Notes under the pieces: generated by a model
Database searches by the model: none
Told to the model about the DNA's origin: nothing
The model's input: the letters and a program-made list of their open reading frames with translations, nothing else
Shown: piece by piece, positions 1 through 15,229 of the stretch
How the letters are laid out: each line of letters starts with the position of its first letter
Position numbering within the stretch: the first letter of the stretch is position 1
Program-made: the position numbers and the translations under genes
NCBI GenBank assembly: GCA_012295275.1
Contig: CM022673.1
Location: 3,968,001 to 4,032,000 of the forward strand
Length of the DNA stretch: 64,000 bases
Direction: 5' to 3'
DNA from: Chrysomallon squamiferum
Lineage: Eukaryota > Animalia > Mollusca

Positions 1-2298
1 AAAAATTGCTTGTATGAAACCACTGTATTACATTTTTTTTTCTTAATATTAAAAAAGCAACATTATGCATGTATAACATATTCAGTATTATTACCTGAAT
101 CAAGTTTCACATTTCCAAACTTTGTTCCCACACACCAAACATAATATACTGCTTATAAAGAAATCAGTTACTTCACAAAGTAAATTTAAAAAAAAAATTA
201 AAATTAAATGGAATGTTAAAAAGATAAATTTCATGTGCACTGACAGCCATGAGGGGTATCAAAGGATGAAATATGAACATAAATTAGACCAAAATACATT
301 GTACTTCCTTTTTTTTTTCTCCTGACAAAATGATTTACAATAACTGCAGTATGTTGACAATATTCAATTATTAAAAAGGGTATTTACCTGTTGTATTACG
401 CATTCTCAGCCCAGACACCCAGTGAAATGGAGTGCTATTAATGTAAAAAAAAAAAAAAAATAATATTGTATTCCAGAAATAACTATTCTCCAATTTCAGT
501 TTGTAAATCTCCAGAAATAACTGTTCTCCCAGTTTGTAAATCTCTATAACCAGAGATCCCAAATAGCCTTCTAAAAAAAAAAAAAAAAAATTATAATATT
601 TTTTTTTTACCATATTAAGAGGTAATCTTTATCCAATATGAAACAATTTACAGTGAAAATGTAAAGCAAGTCAAAATCATGTACAATGCTTATATTATCA
701 ATGTACGAAATTTCATAACTTCAAACCTATTTGCTTCTATCATCATAACTTTTTTTGTAAGAAGATATACAAATTTGTGTTATGAAACAAAAAAAGATTA
801 GAGAAAACTCAATTTTTCTTTAAACAGTGCTGAACTTTATCATGAAAATATTGAGTTTGAGTTTTTTTAAGAACAATAAGCATATATGCGCATATATATA
901 TACATATAAACACACATATCCACATACACACATTCTGTATTCCTATTTTTATTCTAGCACAAAAAATTATAGTTGAAATCAACTAAAGAATGTTTAAATT
1001 TTTCCTTTATGGGAGCGACACACAAACACACGCATAGTCACATATACAAAATTGTATACAATGCTACAGTTTTTGGAAAATATTAAGACTAGATGTGAAT
1101 CAGATGATTAGATGAATTTGTACAGAACTTTTATAGTATTATGAAATAAAAATACAATGTTAAAAAAACAACAACCCAAAAACAAAAAAATTAAACAAAC
1201 ATCACAGCATAAAAAAATGAGAAACACTCAGATCTCAAAAACATTCACCAGCATACATTATAGAGACAGATAACAAAGAAAGGGAAAATTTAACATGAAA
1301 TAATTTTTTTTCAGTGTTTGCTTCAAATTAAGCATTTAGCACATACAAAATAAAGTAACTGATAATCACAGAGTACAAGCCAGTGTTCTCATTCCAGAAA
1401 AAAAAAAAAAAAAAAAATGCTACCAGGAAGTTATACTTAAAAAAAAAAAAAAAAAAATTAAAAAAATTGGTGTACTTCAATTTTAAAACTATTTCAAGAA
1501 ATAATAATAATAATAATAATAAACAACCAATTAATACTATTGTTTAGTTTAACATTTTCTGAAATTAAGATTAAGTTGTAGTATTTTTTAAAACATTAAA
1601 AAAAAAAAAAAAAAAAAAAAAAACCAACTGGTATAAATTTGAAAACTGGAAGGTGGTTTTTACTGAACTGAAGAGTACTATTTACATTTTGTATACAGCC
1701 AAATTTGTTTTTAAAAAATAGATATATATTTACATAAAGCTCATCACTGTACAATTTCAGATTATTGACAGCATTTTTCAAATCTCAAATGTCAATGTTT
1801 TGGGCACTTTTCTTTTGATTGCATATAGTTTTAGATTTTGAATATTTCTTATCTTTTTCTTTTTCTTTTTATTTAAAACCAGCTTTAAGTACAGAAAAAA
1901 ATATTAGAAAAAAGCAACAACCATATGAAAAGTAACTTCTTTCTTTACATTAAAGACTGTATCGGTTACTTTTAGGTTGGTTTGATAGTGATATTTAAAA
2001 CCAGTCTTCTGCCATTTATTTTAAAGGGAATATATATACACACACAATGAAGAAGAAAAAAAAAAACAGGAGGAAAAAATTATCCATTTCCCTCCTTATT
2101 GAATCACTTTTATCTTTATTGTACTTTCTGGAATCTGTCTCATATAGGGAACATAAATCTATAGCACAGACGTGTAAAAAACATGAAAATTTTAAACTGA
2201 TTTTGAATTTACACTGTTTCCGTTTGGATGTGTACAGATCACAACAACATAAACATCCTGAACAAAAGCAGGATTGTTATCAGGACTGTTAATAAGTA

Positions 2299-2368
<70 letters not shown>

Positions 2369-2785
2369 TCTGTTTTAAATTATCATTTTACATGCAATGT
2401 CATGGAATGAACATTTTATCTGATCTCACTAAAGCCCTCTTAGTTTTATCCAGTTTTCTTAAACAGTTTTAATTAACACCAATGTTTCTGAAAGATAAAT
2501 TCAATAATTTACTAGCGACGGTGACATAATGCACCACGCAGTAATAATAATAATAATAATTATATCTATCTTACAGAAATATTCAACAACTTGTAAAATC
2601 AACAAAATTTATTTGTCAACAAATGCTATCAGTAGTCACCAATCCAACGAAACATACAGAATATAAATCTTGAATCTTGGAAGTTGTTATGTATTATTCA
2701 AAAACGTTTCTATTTCTTTTAACAAAATATACAAATATACTTTGAACAATAAGAATGTATTCAACCTAGAACCACTTTTTTTTTT

Positions 2786-2824
<39 letters not shown>

Positions 2825-3384
2825 CAGTTAAACTTCTTGTTTAATTTGGAGTTGAAATAAAATAAAATCATAAAATAACAATACACTACAATTTAAGATT
2901 TTGCCATTTGTTGCTTCAGTTTGTAATAATAATTCACTTACTGAGTGAAAGAAGGAAGCAGTTTTTTTTAATCATCATCATTAATTTAGAATTCATAAAT
3001 TTATGCATATTGTCTTATAGTTTGTTTCTGCAGTTAATAAAACAGACAATTTATTTTATTTTCTATGCACTGTTTTATTCAATTTTATTAAAATATAAAA
3101 AATACAGTGATTTATTTTATTTTTAAAAATTTACTGAAAAGAAGTGATCCTATTGTTGTTATTAGTTCAGCAACTTCAAAATTAATTTACATGAAACTTT
3201 GACATTTTTTATTTATGTATAAATATAATTTTAATTTATTTAAAAGACTTTAAGATGACAAGATTTATCTCACTTCTGTTTCGATGGTGAACTTTTCGAC
3301 AGCCAACAAAATTTAATGCCCTATTAATATTAGGTGTGGCACTAATTTTTTGAATTAAAAATAAATAAATAAATAAATTTAATT

Positions 3385-3429
<45 letters not shown>

Positions 3430-5863
3430 ATACAAGAAAAATAGTTTTAAAAAAGTTAAAAAAAAAAGAAAAAAAAGAAAAGAAACATGACAATCTCAAG
3501 TAGGCCACATTACACTGTTAAGTATATCTCATTAAAATGCAACAAAAATTAATTTCAGGTTTAACACAATATCAGTAAAAAGGGAAGGGACGTATCATCA
3601 ATTTGATTTTTCTATTTTAATCTGCACACGAGTGGTAAAGAATAGTTTAAATAGGTAAATTATGGTAATACACAACTGCTATCTTAATCTGTAACATCAT
3701 ATTAGTACTAATTAGAAAAATCACATGACCACAGTTTTGAATTAGTAACATCACATGACTGCTATTTTAGTTAGTACCAGTTGTACCTTAGCACAGAATT
3801 CCAATAAAAAAACCCACAAATGATAATAGGCTGCAAGGTTATAGGCCTCCATTTTTTTAAAGTTAAAAATTGGCAAAGGTTACTGACAATGAACACAATA
3901 CACAAGTGTTATTTTAATTTCTAGTAGTCATTTCATTAGCAGTTAGAAAAAAAAAAAACCCAGGGTAAGTCAGAGAAAAGACAATATCACCTCTATGATG
4001 TTTGCACAAACTACAGTTCTCTAGGAAACAAAGTAGTGTATATAAAATGTTTAAATTTGTGAAAAAAGAGAAGGTGTGTACGGGGTATGGATACTGTTTT
4101 CCTGATAATCCACTTAATAAAACCATTGTGTAAAAAGAAGGAGTTTTAGAAAGGGCACAAATAAAAAAAATTAGTAAGCTATTTTTATTTTTTAAACTGA
4201 AAATGTGTGCATTAAGTTTAAGAGTTCTCAGCAGATTAAAAGCACAATGTTTTATCAACTTTGAAACATTTCAATTTTATTTGATGATGTTGCAGTTGTT
4301 TTTACGTTAAACTGAAAGAGGCAGATTTTCACATTAAATATTTTGATTAAATAATGAAACTGAAGTTCCACATTGACTGTACAAATGTTAATTTAAATAT
4401 CTGTACAGAAAGACATTTTAAGTACAATTTTTACTACCTAATTAATTTATGTAGTGAATTGTGCCGTTTTATCTTCATAAAAAATTAGGAAATAAATCAC
4501 TCAAATAAAAATTAATATCTGTTTTATTGTTAGGAATAAAAAAAATAATAAATAAATTAAAAAATAAAAATTAAAAAAAATAAAAATAATAATAATAATA
4601 ATAGTAATAATAAAGAAAATTTGTTCAGAGTGAGGTTATTTTAATTTTGGCACAACAAAAACCAACAATATAACAAACAAAGAAAAAAAAGTATTTTTCA
4701 ATTAATTTTTGTTGTGCTGACTCTCCAAATTTAATTTAAACGTTAGCGAAAAAATTTATAATAATAATAAAAATAAGAATCCTTTTTATTTAAAAAGATT
4801 TAGTTATTAAAAAAAAATAATAATGACTATTGTAAAGTCAAATGATAACGAGAATACAATTTATGATTTAAAAAATAATAAAATAAGATCTAAAATTTAA
4901 TCAGAATATTTTTGTACAATTTGTCATGGATTAAAAAAAAATAAAAATAAAAGATTTAAAGGTGAGATTATTCAATATATTTTCTTTTTTGCAAATGATT
5001 TCATCCCTATACCAGAAGTGAACACATTTTAATTTACCTTAACTGAGATACAATTGTATCAGTTTGAAATTAAATTCAGCTACTAATGATAAATTTTCAT
5101 TAATAATTACATCTTTTACTCTGACAATCAAAAAAATAAAAATAAAAATAAAAATACATTTAATTTTTGAGATTCAATTTACAATTTTAAACAATATTCC
5201 ATCTTATAAATAGTCATTTATGTTGTGCTAAAGAACAGATTAAATGCAAGACATTTTACCACAGAAAGAGACAAGCTTTGAGACAAAGGAAATAATAAAA
5301 AAAATAATTATTGTAACTTATTTCTGTTTAATAATAATAATAATAATAAAAATAAATGTTCAAGTTTTATGTGACCTGAATAATTATTTTGATCTTCAGT
5401 GAATACATTTAAAATTTAAAAAAAATAAATAAATAAATAAATATTTTAAAGCATGTAAGTGTTACCATTTTCAATTTAATACTGAATTGTCAAAAAAATA
5501 TATATCTATTTCATTTATCTAACAAAAACAAAACTGAAAAAAACAGTAAAAGTTCACCAGTAATTTTGTATTAATGGTGCTGATGTTTTTATCTGTTGTT
5601 CAAGAAAGGAAAGGAAATTAAATTTTTTTAAAAAGCAAGCATCTACTCTAATCCAAAGAACTGAAAATCCAACAGTCATTAAACCAGTGCAAACAGGACA
5701 CCAAGTCAATGTACTGTGTGTGTTTCAGTGTGAAGTTAACAAAAAACCAGAAATAAAGTATTTTTGTTCAGAATAAACTCTAGATATGTCAATAAGCTAA
5801 CATAGATAATTTTTAAAACAAATACTAAAACAATTACAGGACGAAAAACTCTACTGTGGTTAC

Positions 5864-5898
<35 letters not shown>

Positions 5899-5979
5899 AT
5901 AATAATAATATTGAAAATGCATCAAAATTAAACTTTTGCATTGAAATGGGTTTGATGTTCAAACACGGTGGGTATTCTG
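1..5979 (-). other. Probable long AU-rich 3' UTR or downstream region of the FAM117/GLCCI1-like gene
   Basis: Directly follows the stop codon on the minus strand. No credible coding exons; many A/T homopolymers, including a ~65-nt T run at 2303-2367. The transcript 3' end cannot be located from sequence. Confidence 0.45.
470..560. repeat. Short imperfect tandem repeat (CCAGAAATAACTRTTCTCC...CAGTTTGTAAATCT, ~2.5 copies)
   Basis: Direct repeat visible in sequence. Confidence 0.6.
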
Positions 5980-6817
5980 TCACTGGCCCTCGATGGTGGT
6001 CGGTTGCTGGCTGGATGGTGGAATGGGTGATCTGACAACATCTTGGAAGTATGTCTTGTAAAGGGGACAAAATGCAGAGTTCTGACTTGGCTTGAACACA
6101 AGCTGACTGGGCTTCACCGGACAAAACAAGGAATCTTTAATAACTGGCTGCCTGATAAAAAATAATAAATAAATAAATAAAAAATAAATAAATAACTTTA
6201 AAAAAAAGATGTAAGTCTCTGTCGACTTGTAAACCTTTTATTCTTAAACAGCATTTTATACAAGTTTTATTGTACATTCACTTAAGTGAATATTATAGGG
6301 AATTTTTGATGGTTGCCCCCCCCCAAAAAAAATAAAAATAAATGCAAATAAATAAGTTAAAAAGATCTTTAAAACAAACTGTTATCTAGTCAGTTTTTAA
6401 CACTGCCATATATGTATTTTATGAGCAAGCTACAAAGACACAAAACTTTTAGCACTGTTTTCAAAAGTGTATTGGAAAAAATCTGCATACAGACTTTATT
6501 ATTAGCTAAGTGTGTTCAGATATGAAAAAAACCCACAAATCCCTAGAATTAATTATACAAAAACTGATTTTAGGCTTTTTGTTCCCACTGCAGCTGAAAG
6601 TGCCACAGTACTGTCGAGTTATACAGACCTGTTTTCATCTATAACCCTGACCCTCTCGCAGCCGTCAGGTGGCTCTCTCACAAAATCTTTTGATGTTTTG
6701 GGTTTTGGACTGGATACGAATTTGGTGATTGAGGGCTCTGGTGAATCAACAAGCTCTGAAAATTACAAAAATTATAAAAAGAAATAACATTTCAAGTGAT
6801 GTAATGATCGTAACATT

Positions 6818-6857
<40 letters not shown>

Positions 6858-8878
6858 CAAATATTAATTTAAAAATTCAAATGCAAAAAAACCCCCCAAA
6901 AAACACTAACCTAAATATGCTCTACTTTCATATTAAAATTATTCTAAAATTTAAAATTGAAGACTACAACAATTTATTAACTATTAAAGACAATTTAAAT
7001 TAGATTATTAATAATTAAAAAAAAAACATTTTAAATGATCTTAAAAACTGCAGGAAACCTTTGTCAGACTTGCTGTCAGCAGATTCTGATCGACTGGAAG
7101 GACGGGATGAATCCATGGTGCCGGTCATGATGGGAATGGCTGGACTGATTGAATCGGCTCTGCTGCCAGAGCTTCCTGTCGGCTGGTCGTCGAGGTGGGC
7201 GGAGGGAGTCTGGGTGTCGACAGTTCGCATGGTGCTGTTGATGACTCGCACCTCGGGAACTGGAGCTCGGTGACCATCAGGAATCTCTTGTGACTGTTGC
7301 AATGAACGAATGCATAATTAAAATGTAAATAAATTGAATAAATAAATAAATGAAAGAACAACATAATTAAATGAATAACTGAAGTATAAATAAACAAATG
7401 AACAGTTAAAGTATCAATAAACGAATGAACAATTAAAGTATAATTAAATGAATAAATAAATAATAAATAAATAATAAATGGACGAATGATTACAGTACAA
7501 ATAAACAAATGGACAATTAAAGTATAAATAAACGAATGAATAAGTAAAGCATAAATAAATGAATGAATAACTAATGTATAAATAAATGAAATGAATAATT
7601 AAAGCATAAATAAATGAATGAATAACTGAAATATAAATAAATGAATGAACAAAGGAATTATTAAAGTATAAATAAATGAATGAATAAAGGAATTATTAAA
7701 GTATAAATAAATGAATGAATAATTAAAGTATAACTAAATGAATTAATTAACTTAAGTATGAATGAATGGATGGATGAAAGTTTCATTACAGTATGTTTCT
7801 TTGTAAGTTATTTCCCTAACAATACTTGCTTGATGGGTAATTAATTAATACACATAATACAAATGTCTGTTTTGAAATCAACTTACCGTACTACACTTTG
7901 AAAAATATTTTTGTACTAAAAACATGGCTAAATTTTCAACAAGCTGACTGTTAACTTTAAACATACTTAATTTAATGTACTTGTGTTTTCTTTTCTTTGT
8001 TTTTATTTTTTTTATTTATTAAAATTATTTTTTTCTCCACAGTGTCAATTTTTGTTTGCTTTCCCTCAATTTTATAAAATGGAAATACTAGAAATATATT
8101 ACTAATAAAACTTACGACAATATCACATCATATTTTATAGTATTTTTTTTATGACACCTGCATAAACTTAATTTTATGTTTGACACAAATCATTAATCGA
8201 CTGTTTACATCTGTGAATCAGACAGATCTTGATTGAAAAAAATGTACAGAAACATTTTAGAATGTTAGTGTGTGAAAAGACATTTGTTTCTCACTTTCAC
8301 ATGATTTTAGTGCAGTTAAAACAGTGATTCTCAACAGGGATTGTTATTACCTGCTTGCAACACATCAAGGATACAGGGTTAAGAATAAAAGCTATATATT
8401 TGTAGACGCTTTTAACTACAGGACATAATTCATCATACCTCTGTAATAGCATAAAATAAAATCTTTTAGAATCAATGGTTTGAAGTACAAGACATTTTTT
8501 GATAAATTCACATTAACTTATGCACTATTGTCTGTTGCGTATGTCAATTCACAGTAACTATTTTTTTTTTTTTTTTACCTTTATAATATAAAATATTAAG
8601 TTATAATTTAATATAAATTAAATTTAAATATGTAGATGTTTTTTTTTCGCTCATTCTGGATTTTTTTTTTTTTTTTTGGCATCATTAATTGTGAATCCCA
8701 TCCTTTTATCTTTTTACATGAAATTTGTTATTATTTTGTTGGCTTTTATGCTTTGAAAACATTTTAATGTACCATAAATATCAATTAATTTATTTTTATT
8801 CTTTTTCTTAACATTAAATATTTTTCACTGTACCATTTTATTTTATTTTTAAAAGGATAGCTAAGGAACTTTTAAGTA

Positions 8879-8933
<55 letters not shown>

Positions 8934-10924
8934 TAAAATAAAATAAGGTAAATTGTTTCCTGAATTTCATACAGTTAGTGGTAGATTTAACACAGCTATA
9001 TTTAACAAAACAAACTACATCACCTACAAATCCAGAAAAGCACTAATGAACTTACACGTATATTATCCAGTTCTTCCACTTCAATCCCTGGAACGGTCTT
9101 TAAAACAAGTTTTTCTATTTCCTGAAATTAATACAGTTCCATTAATGAATTAATGTTATTTAAATGATGCCTGAAAAAGATATTTACATTGAAGTTTATC
9201 ACATGTCAGCAGTCATAACACTGTAAGAACAGAACACATAATGACTAATAAAATAGTAAGTGTCTTTAAATACACTTTCCAAAAGACAGACAACATTGTC
9301 TGGTTGGAATGGGACAAAAGGGGCCCTGTTCAAAGATTGTGAGTTAAAGTTTTTATAAATTATATGTTTAATCCATACACACAGTAATGACAGTATTCAT
9401 AATTAATACATACAGTATTTATAATTAATCCATGTAGTAATCATAATACATAGTACTCATAATTAATAGATATAATATTTATAATTAATACATACTGTAA
9501 TTATAATGAATATGAAGTATTCAGGTTTAACATTTACCCTACATGACATATTAGTTTAACATTACAACAGCCATGTTCAGTATATTGAGTATTCAGTATA
9601 ATGATCAATACTCATTATATTTACATTCTGTATCAAATTTAATGCAGTATTTAAGTTTAATCCATATAAAATTCAAGTTTAATACATGCAGTATTAAAGT
9701 TTAATACATGGAATATTCAAATTTAATACATGTAATACTCAATTTAATACATGTAATACTCAATTTTAATAATGTAATCATCAAATTTAATAATACAGTA
9801 TTTAAGTTTAATGCAAGTAATATTCAGTTTGTTACATCTAATATTCAAGTATTAATACATGCAATATTCAAATTCAGCACACACAGTATTCATGTTTAAT
9901 ACATGCAGATTCAATTCAGTACACACCGTATTCAACCCTTCGACACTGTTTCTTTGGAACCTCGACATCGACTTGACTGGAATGTGAGATGCTGCCGGAA
10001 TGCCGATCGCTTTGGAGAAAAACGCTGGCGGAGCTGTCAATGACAGTGCGGTGTGTTTGCCCTGCACCGGGCTCTGGCGTTTACCTGATTCACTGTGTTT
10101 GCTGCCTTCTTTTGTTTTTTGTAAACGTTGCTTTATGAGCTGAAAAAGTATTTAAAAAAAAATACCATAGTGAATTAATGAAAATGTGTTTTAAAAGAAA
10201 ACACTTGTAAAAAAATATTAACAACAACAACAACAATGATAATAAGTCAGAACACTAATAAAAAAAAATAAAAAATGTAATATTAATAATTATAATCCAG
10301 ACAAATATTTCCAGTTAAAAAAAAAAACACCAAGAAAACCCAAAAGAATCATTTATATTATTTAGCATTCATCTGTTGGATGAGTATAGCTTCATCTTTT
10401 CTTTCCTTTGATTAAAAACAAATTAATAGATGAAGTACTTCAGTTAACCAGAACACATGATATAAAATTTGCAGTCCTTTACTTTAGAGATGAAAAAGTA
10501 ATATTAACTTTTCCATTATTACATACAAGTGTAAGTACAAATTTTGTTAAATTAAATCTAAAAATCGTATCATAGGTTTTCTTTTTCTTTATGTTTGTGC
10601 TGATAAAGATAATCAAGGATTAAGTAACAATACACTCATCAGCATTTACTGTATTGAGTTACGTGACCAACAGCTTCTACTAATTATTCAATTATCCATT
10701 TTTAAATCACAAGCAGCAAACATACACATCTACTAAATGGCACTCACTGTTTTAAGTTGATCGCCCTGCCCAAAAGAGGCTGACCGCGTGTGACCCTTAT
10801 CTTTCTTTCTGTCACTCGGTCTAGTGTCCCAGTCTTCAGGGGTCTGTGAACACAAGGTTTATTTTACATCAAATATTTCTCAATGTAAGGCAGCCAAACA
10901 AATAATGAAGAAGAGGCTCAATAT

Positions 10925-10959
<35 letters not shown>

Positions 10960-12893
10960 TTATTATTATAGTTATTTCAAGAGATTAATATACTTTGAGT
11001 GATGTGTTTGTATAAATAGACAAGTTAAAAAAAAAATTTTAAATTATATAAATGCAATTATTTTCCTCTTTATTATTTTTTATTCTTTTGTTTCAGTTCA
11101 TTCAAAAACCCATTTTCAGTTTATGTCAAATGAAAAGCTCGTAATTTGTATTTCTTTTCATTAATGACTAACAGCATAGATTATTATTTAATTTTTTTTT
11201 TTAAAGTATAGATTTTTTTTTCACAAATATTCTCTTTTTAGGGGGTTTGTTTGTTTGTTTTTTCTGTTTACCTGAGTTGACTTTTCACAAGTGAAAACAC
11301 CAGAGTTTTGATAATGGTTGTAAGGGTTTATGTCTTTTGGCCACTGACCAGCTAAGTATAGTGTGTCCAAGGAACTGGCTCTCCAAAGACTCTGTTTATG
11401 TGACTTAGGCTTCTCTGAAAAAAATTTAATAAAATAATATGCATAAATATACATATACACGTTCATACACATACACACACATACACACACATACACACAC
11501 ATTCACACACATACATACACAAACGGAAAAGTTAAATAAAATGTATAGTCTTATCTGAGAACACACACAGAGAAAAATAAATATGTATTCATTTTGAACA
11601 TGTACATCAACAAGAAATGGAATAAATGTAAAATATGAGTTACACAAGTAAATATTAAACTATAAAGAAAGAAGATTTATGAAGGTTTAGATCTTTTTAA
11701 ATTTTAAAATATGAAAGAGAAAACTTGTATATTCATGTTTTGGCAACATTTGCATGTGTGTGTGTATCAGTGTATTTGCCTGTGTGTGTGTGTGTGTGTG
11801 TGTTTCTCTTTAATACATATTCAGATACTTGTGAAAATGCCAAAGTTAACTACTAATTCCATTTAGATCATTTTAATTCAAGTCATTCTCATAAAGGCTT
11901 AACCTAGAGCTTTATTTCCCATAAAAAAAATTTCAAGTCATTTTAACTACATAGCAGTTTAAACCAAGTTACATAACAATTTGAAAAAAAAAAAAAAAAA
12001 AAAATTAATATACATTACATACACAAACACAAAGACATACACATACATACATACATACATGCATATATACACCCATTTTTGTTTTTATTTTTAAAATAAT
12101 GCTGAAAGACTGAAAAAACATTAACTGTTCCAAAAAATATATACACATTATCAAATTTTCATCCTTTACAAATAAGTCTGGACATTTTATGTGTTACATT
12201 ACACAATAAACATGGACTGTGTATTGCAAGCATTTTCTGACACGTATTCTGCCAACAATTACATCAATTATAGATCTTCAGCCTTGAATAGGAAATTCCC
12301 AATTAACCAGACACCAGATACCATGAGAAATATCCCATATTCCACTGCATTTCCTACTGAATCAAAGACCAATTCATGTTGGAGGATATGGCCAGGAAAT
12401 GTGTGCTTGAGTATTTAATGGATGATTAGATAAGACCTTGGTATATTTATATTTCATTAGATAGGATACATTTCAATATCTGACACAAGTTCATGCAGTA
12501 ATATCAAGATAGTATTCAGTATTACTAATGAGCTTTAAAGATAAACTTTTGTTTTTTAACAAGTAAAGGCTATTTAAATTAATATATATATATAAAATTA
12601 ATTACTATTACTACAATAAATATATATATATATGTGTTTTATTGTGGTAATTGCAATTTATTTTCTTTTTGTTTTGGTTTTTAAACTACCAAATATACTA
12701 CAGCCTTTGAGCATTGATAAGAACAGGAAATAGCTCAGTAGTCACACAGAAGGTTAACTGCTCATGAAATCTTTCAGTTCTTGTGTGTCTGCCAATGATC
12801 TACAACTCAAGTGTCAAGTCCTGATCAATAATCAACATAGAAAAATGGAAAAAATGGGAAAAAGATTTTAAAAATTAAAAATTATAAAATTAA

Positions 12894-12942
<49 letters not shown>

Positions 12943-15193
12943 TAAATTAGATTAAAAAATATATATATATTTTGACAATATCATAAATTACAAAATCCAC
13001 CATTTACAAAACCACACGTGTTTGCTCTGCGAGAGGGATGAAGGTAACATCTCTGTGACTGTCATGATACAAAGACAGGTCATTACAAAAGAGTGCATGC
13101 ACAAACTACAGTATGCATTACATGATCAGGCACAGAGTGATTAAAAATACATCTAGTCAAGTTGACATGCTTTCAAACGCACACCGTGAACAATAAATAA
13201 CCAAACAGACTCGCTCCAATTACAGTGAAAATAAAATTACTTCAATCCTGGTATGGGAAACGATGGCTTTGTTCCACACTTCCTCTAAACTTATTTTGTC
13301 TTGAGGCTCTAAAAGACTTCTTTTAACCTCTGTGAAATTACATACAGCATTAACAGTGTTAGCATAACAGATTAAAAAGAAATCCAAGAGAACATTTTAT
13401 TGTTATTGTTTTTATTGTCATCATTATTATTAATATTATGATGATTATTATGATTATTATGATTATTATGATTATTATTATTGTTGTTGTTGTTGTTGTT
13501 GTTGTATGTAGTCATGTTTTTTAAGTGTATTTTTCATATGTATAATATTTATTTTGGCAACAAACTAAACTCTAAACAAAACACATCACAATTCCAAAAG
13601 AAAATTTATATTTATTACTGAAAGGTTAAACTATTTACTGTCTTGGTAAAATATATTGAAGTTGTACTGACATATATTTCAAATAACTGATAGCATGATA
13701 AAACCCCTTAAGTAGTAGATTTTAATATGATTAATGTACCAGCACATTTGAGTTTATTTTAATGACATAATAATAATATACATTATTTCTAGAAACCAAC
13801 TGATAATGACAGGTCAAGATACAACCATCTGATTTATTTATTAAAAAGTTAAGGTATGTACTGCCACATTTTTAAAGTTTATTTTGAGTTATGAAATATA
13901 AATTACAATGTGACAGTCTAATATTCCGAAAGAATATTTTAAATATTATAAAATTATGGTCTGAATTTGTATCTATATTGAATGTCAAAGATCTGATTTC
14001 TATCAGAAGATTTATTAAAGTATTATTTAAAGGTCAAGGTAAAACCACTTACATCATACACTGACACTTAGAATAGATGACAAATTACCATAACAAGTTA
14101 TTTTAAACTTAATTTTCACAAGTCATGTACAGGTTTATAACACATGTAAATCTTTATCTGCCAGAGTCAATAAAACCTGTCTAACACATAAATGCTAATG
14201 ACAATTCAGGTTGGTGTATTTAAAAGCCTGCATTTTTCATCGTTTTCAAATACACCAAAAATGTAATAAGAAACTTTTATTTATTTTTTATTCATTAATT
14301 TATTTTTATGAACAAATAACTAAATTTTAGTCACAGAAAGTATTACCTTCAGCTTAACGACATTTAAAAACAGTAATAACAAAATTTACAAACGATAGTT
14401 ATCAGTCATTTGTCCAAACTAATGTGTGATTAAGTAATACTGGGTGGTAGCATAAGCATTTAGTCATATTCAACCTGAATTATTAAAATATATATACAGA
14501 ATTATGAAAAAAGACTGTACCATCAGACTGAACAATTTGTATAAAAAACGATATCAGGAGATATAATTAAACTGAAAAAGGAAGAAAATGAAACAGAAAG
14601 ATGAAAAATTCCTAACAGTAGTTATTAAACATTATATTGATTAATTAATTTGTATGGATGGTTATCAAAATAAGCATTTTAAATTTCATACTAAGTTCAA
14701 TTTTTGGATCACAATTAAAAAAAATATATATATATAAAATATAATAATAATTCCATTTAATTACTTAATTATAGACTTTTGATAAATAATTTAGTGGGTT
14801 TCTTTTGGAATGCAAGTTTATTATAAATAATAATAAATCATTTAATAAATATTTGATTATAAAACTAAAATAGATAAAAAAATTCCATTTGACGTTTTAC
14901 ATTAAAATTAAAATAATAACTGCAGTAACTCTGAAAAAAATTCCATTTGACATTTTACATTAAAATTAAAATAATAACTGCAGTAACTCTGAACAGGTCA
15001 TAAAAAAACAATAACGCAATCTAGTTCTACCTAATTTATTATAAACATTTTTTTAGTGTAAGTAGGTAAGCAAAAGCATTAAACTGTATAATTCTATGCA
15101 GTTTTAAATTTTTCTTTTCTAAATTGAATGATATAAAAGCTAAATAAAAACAGTCTCGGATTACCAAAAAATAATTAAATTTTAAAATTAAAA

Positions 15194-15229
<36 letters not shown>

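Noticed and set aside
122-4258. Short ORFs rich in F, K, Y or I in the ORF track (also elsewhere, e.g. 21412-21612, 31201-31431, 39523-39789, 47278-47475, 51654-51857, 56112-56442)
   Set aside because: Translations of homopolymers and microsatellites, with no domain or splice support.
5834-7273. ORF-track entries 5834-6124(-), 6512-6787(+) and 7061-7273(+)
   Set aside because: Wrong-frame or antisense shadows of FAM117/GLCCI1 exons.
12180-12520. Higher-complexity intronic patch with a 75-aa ORF
   Set aside because: No recognisable motif or splice-compatible frame.
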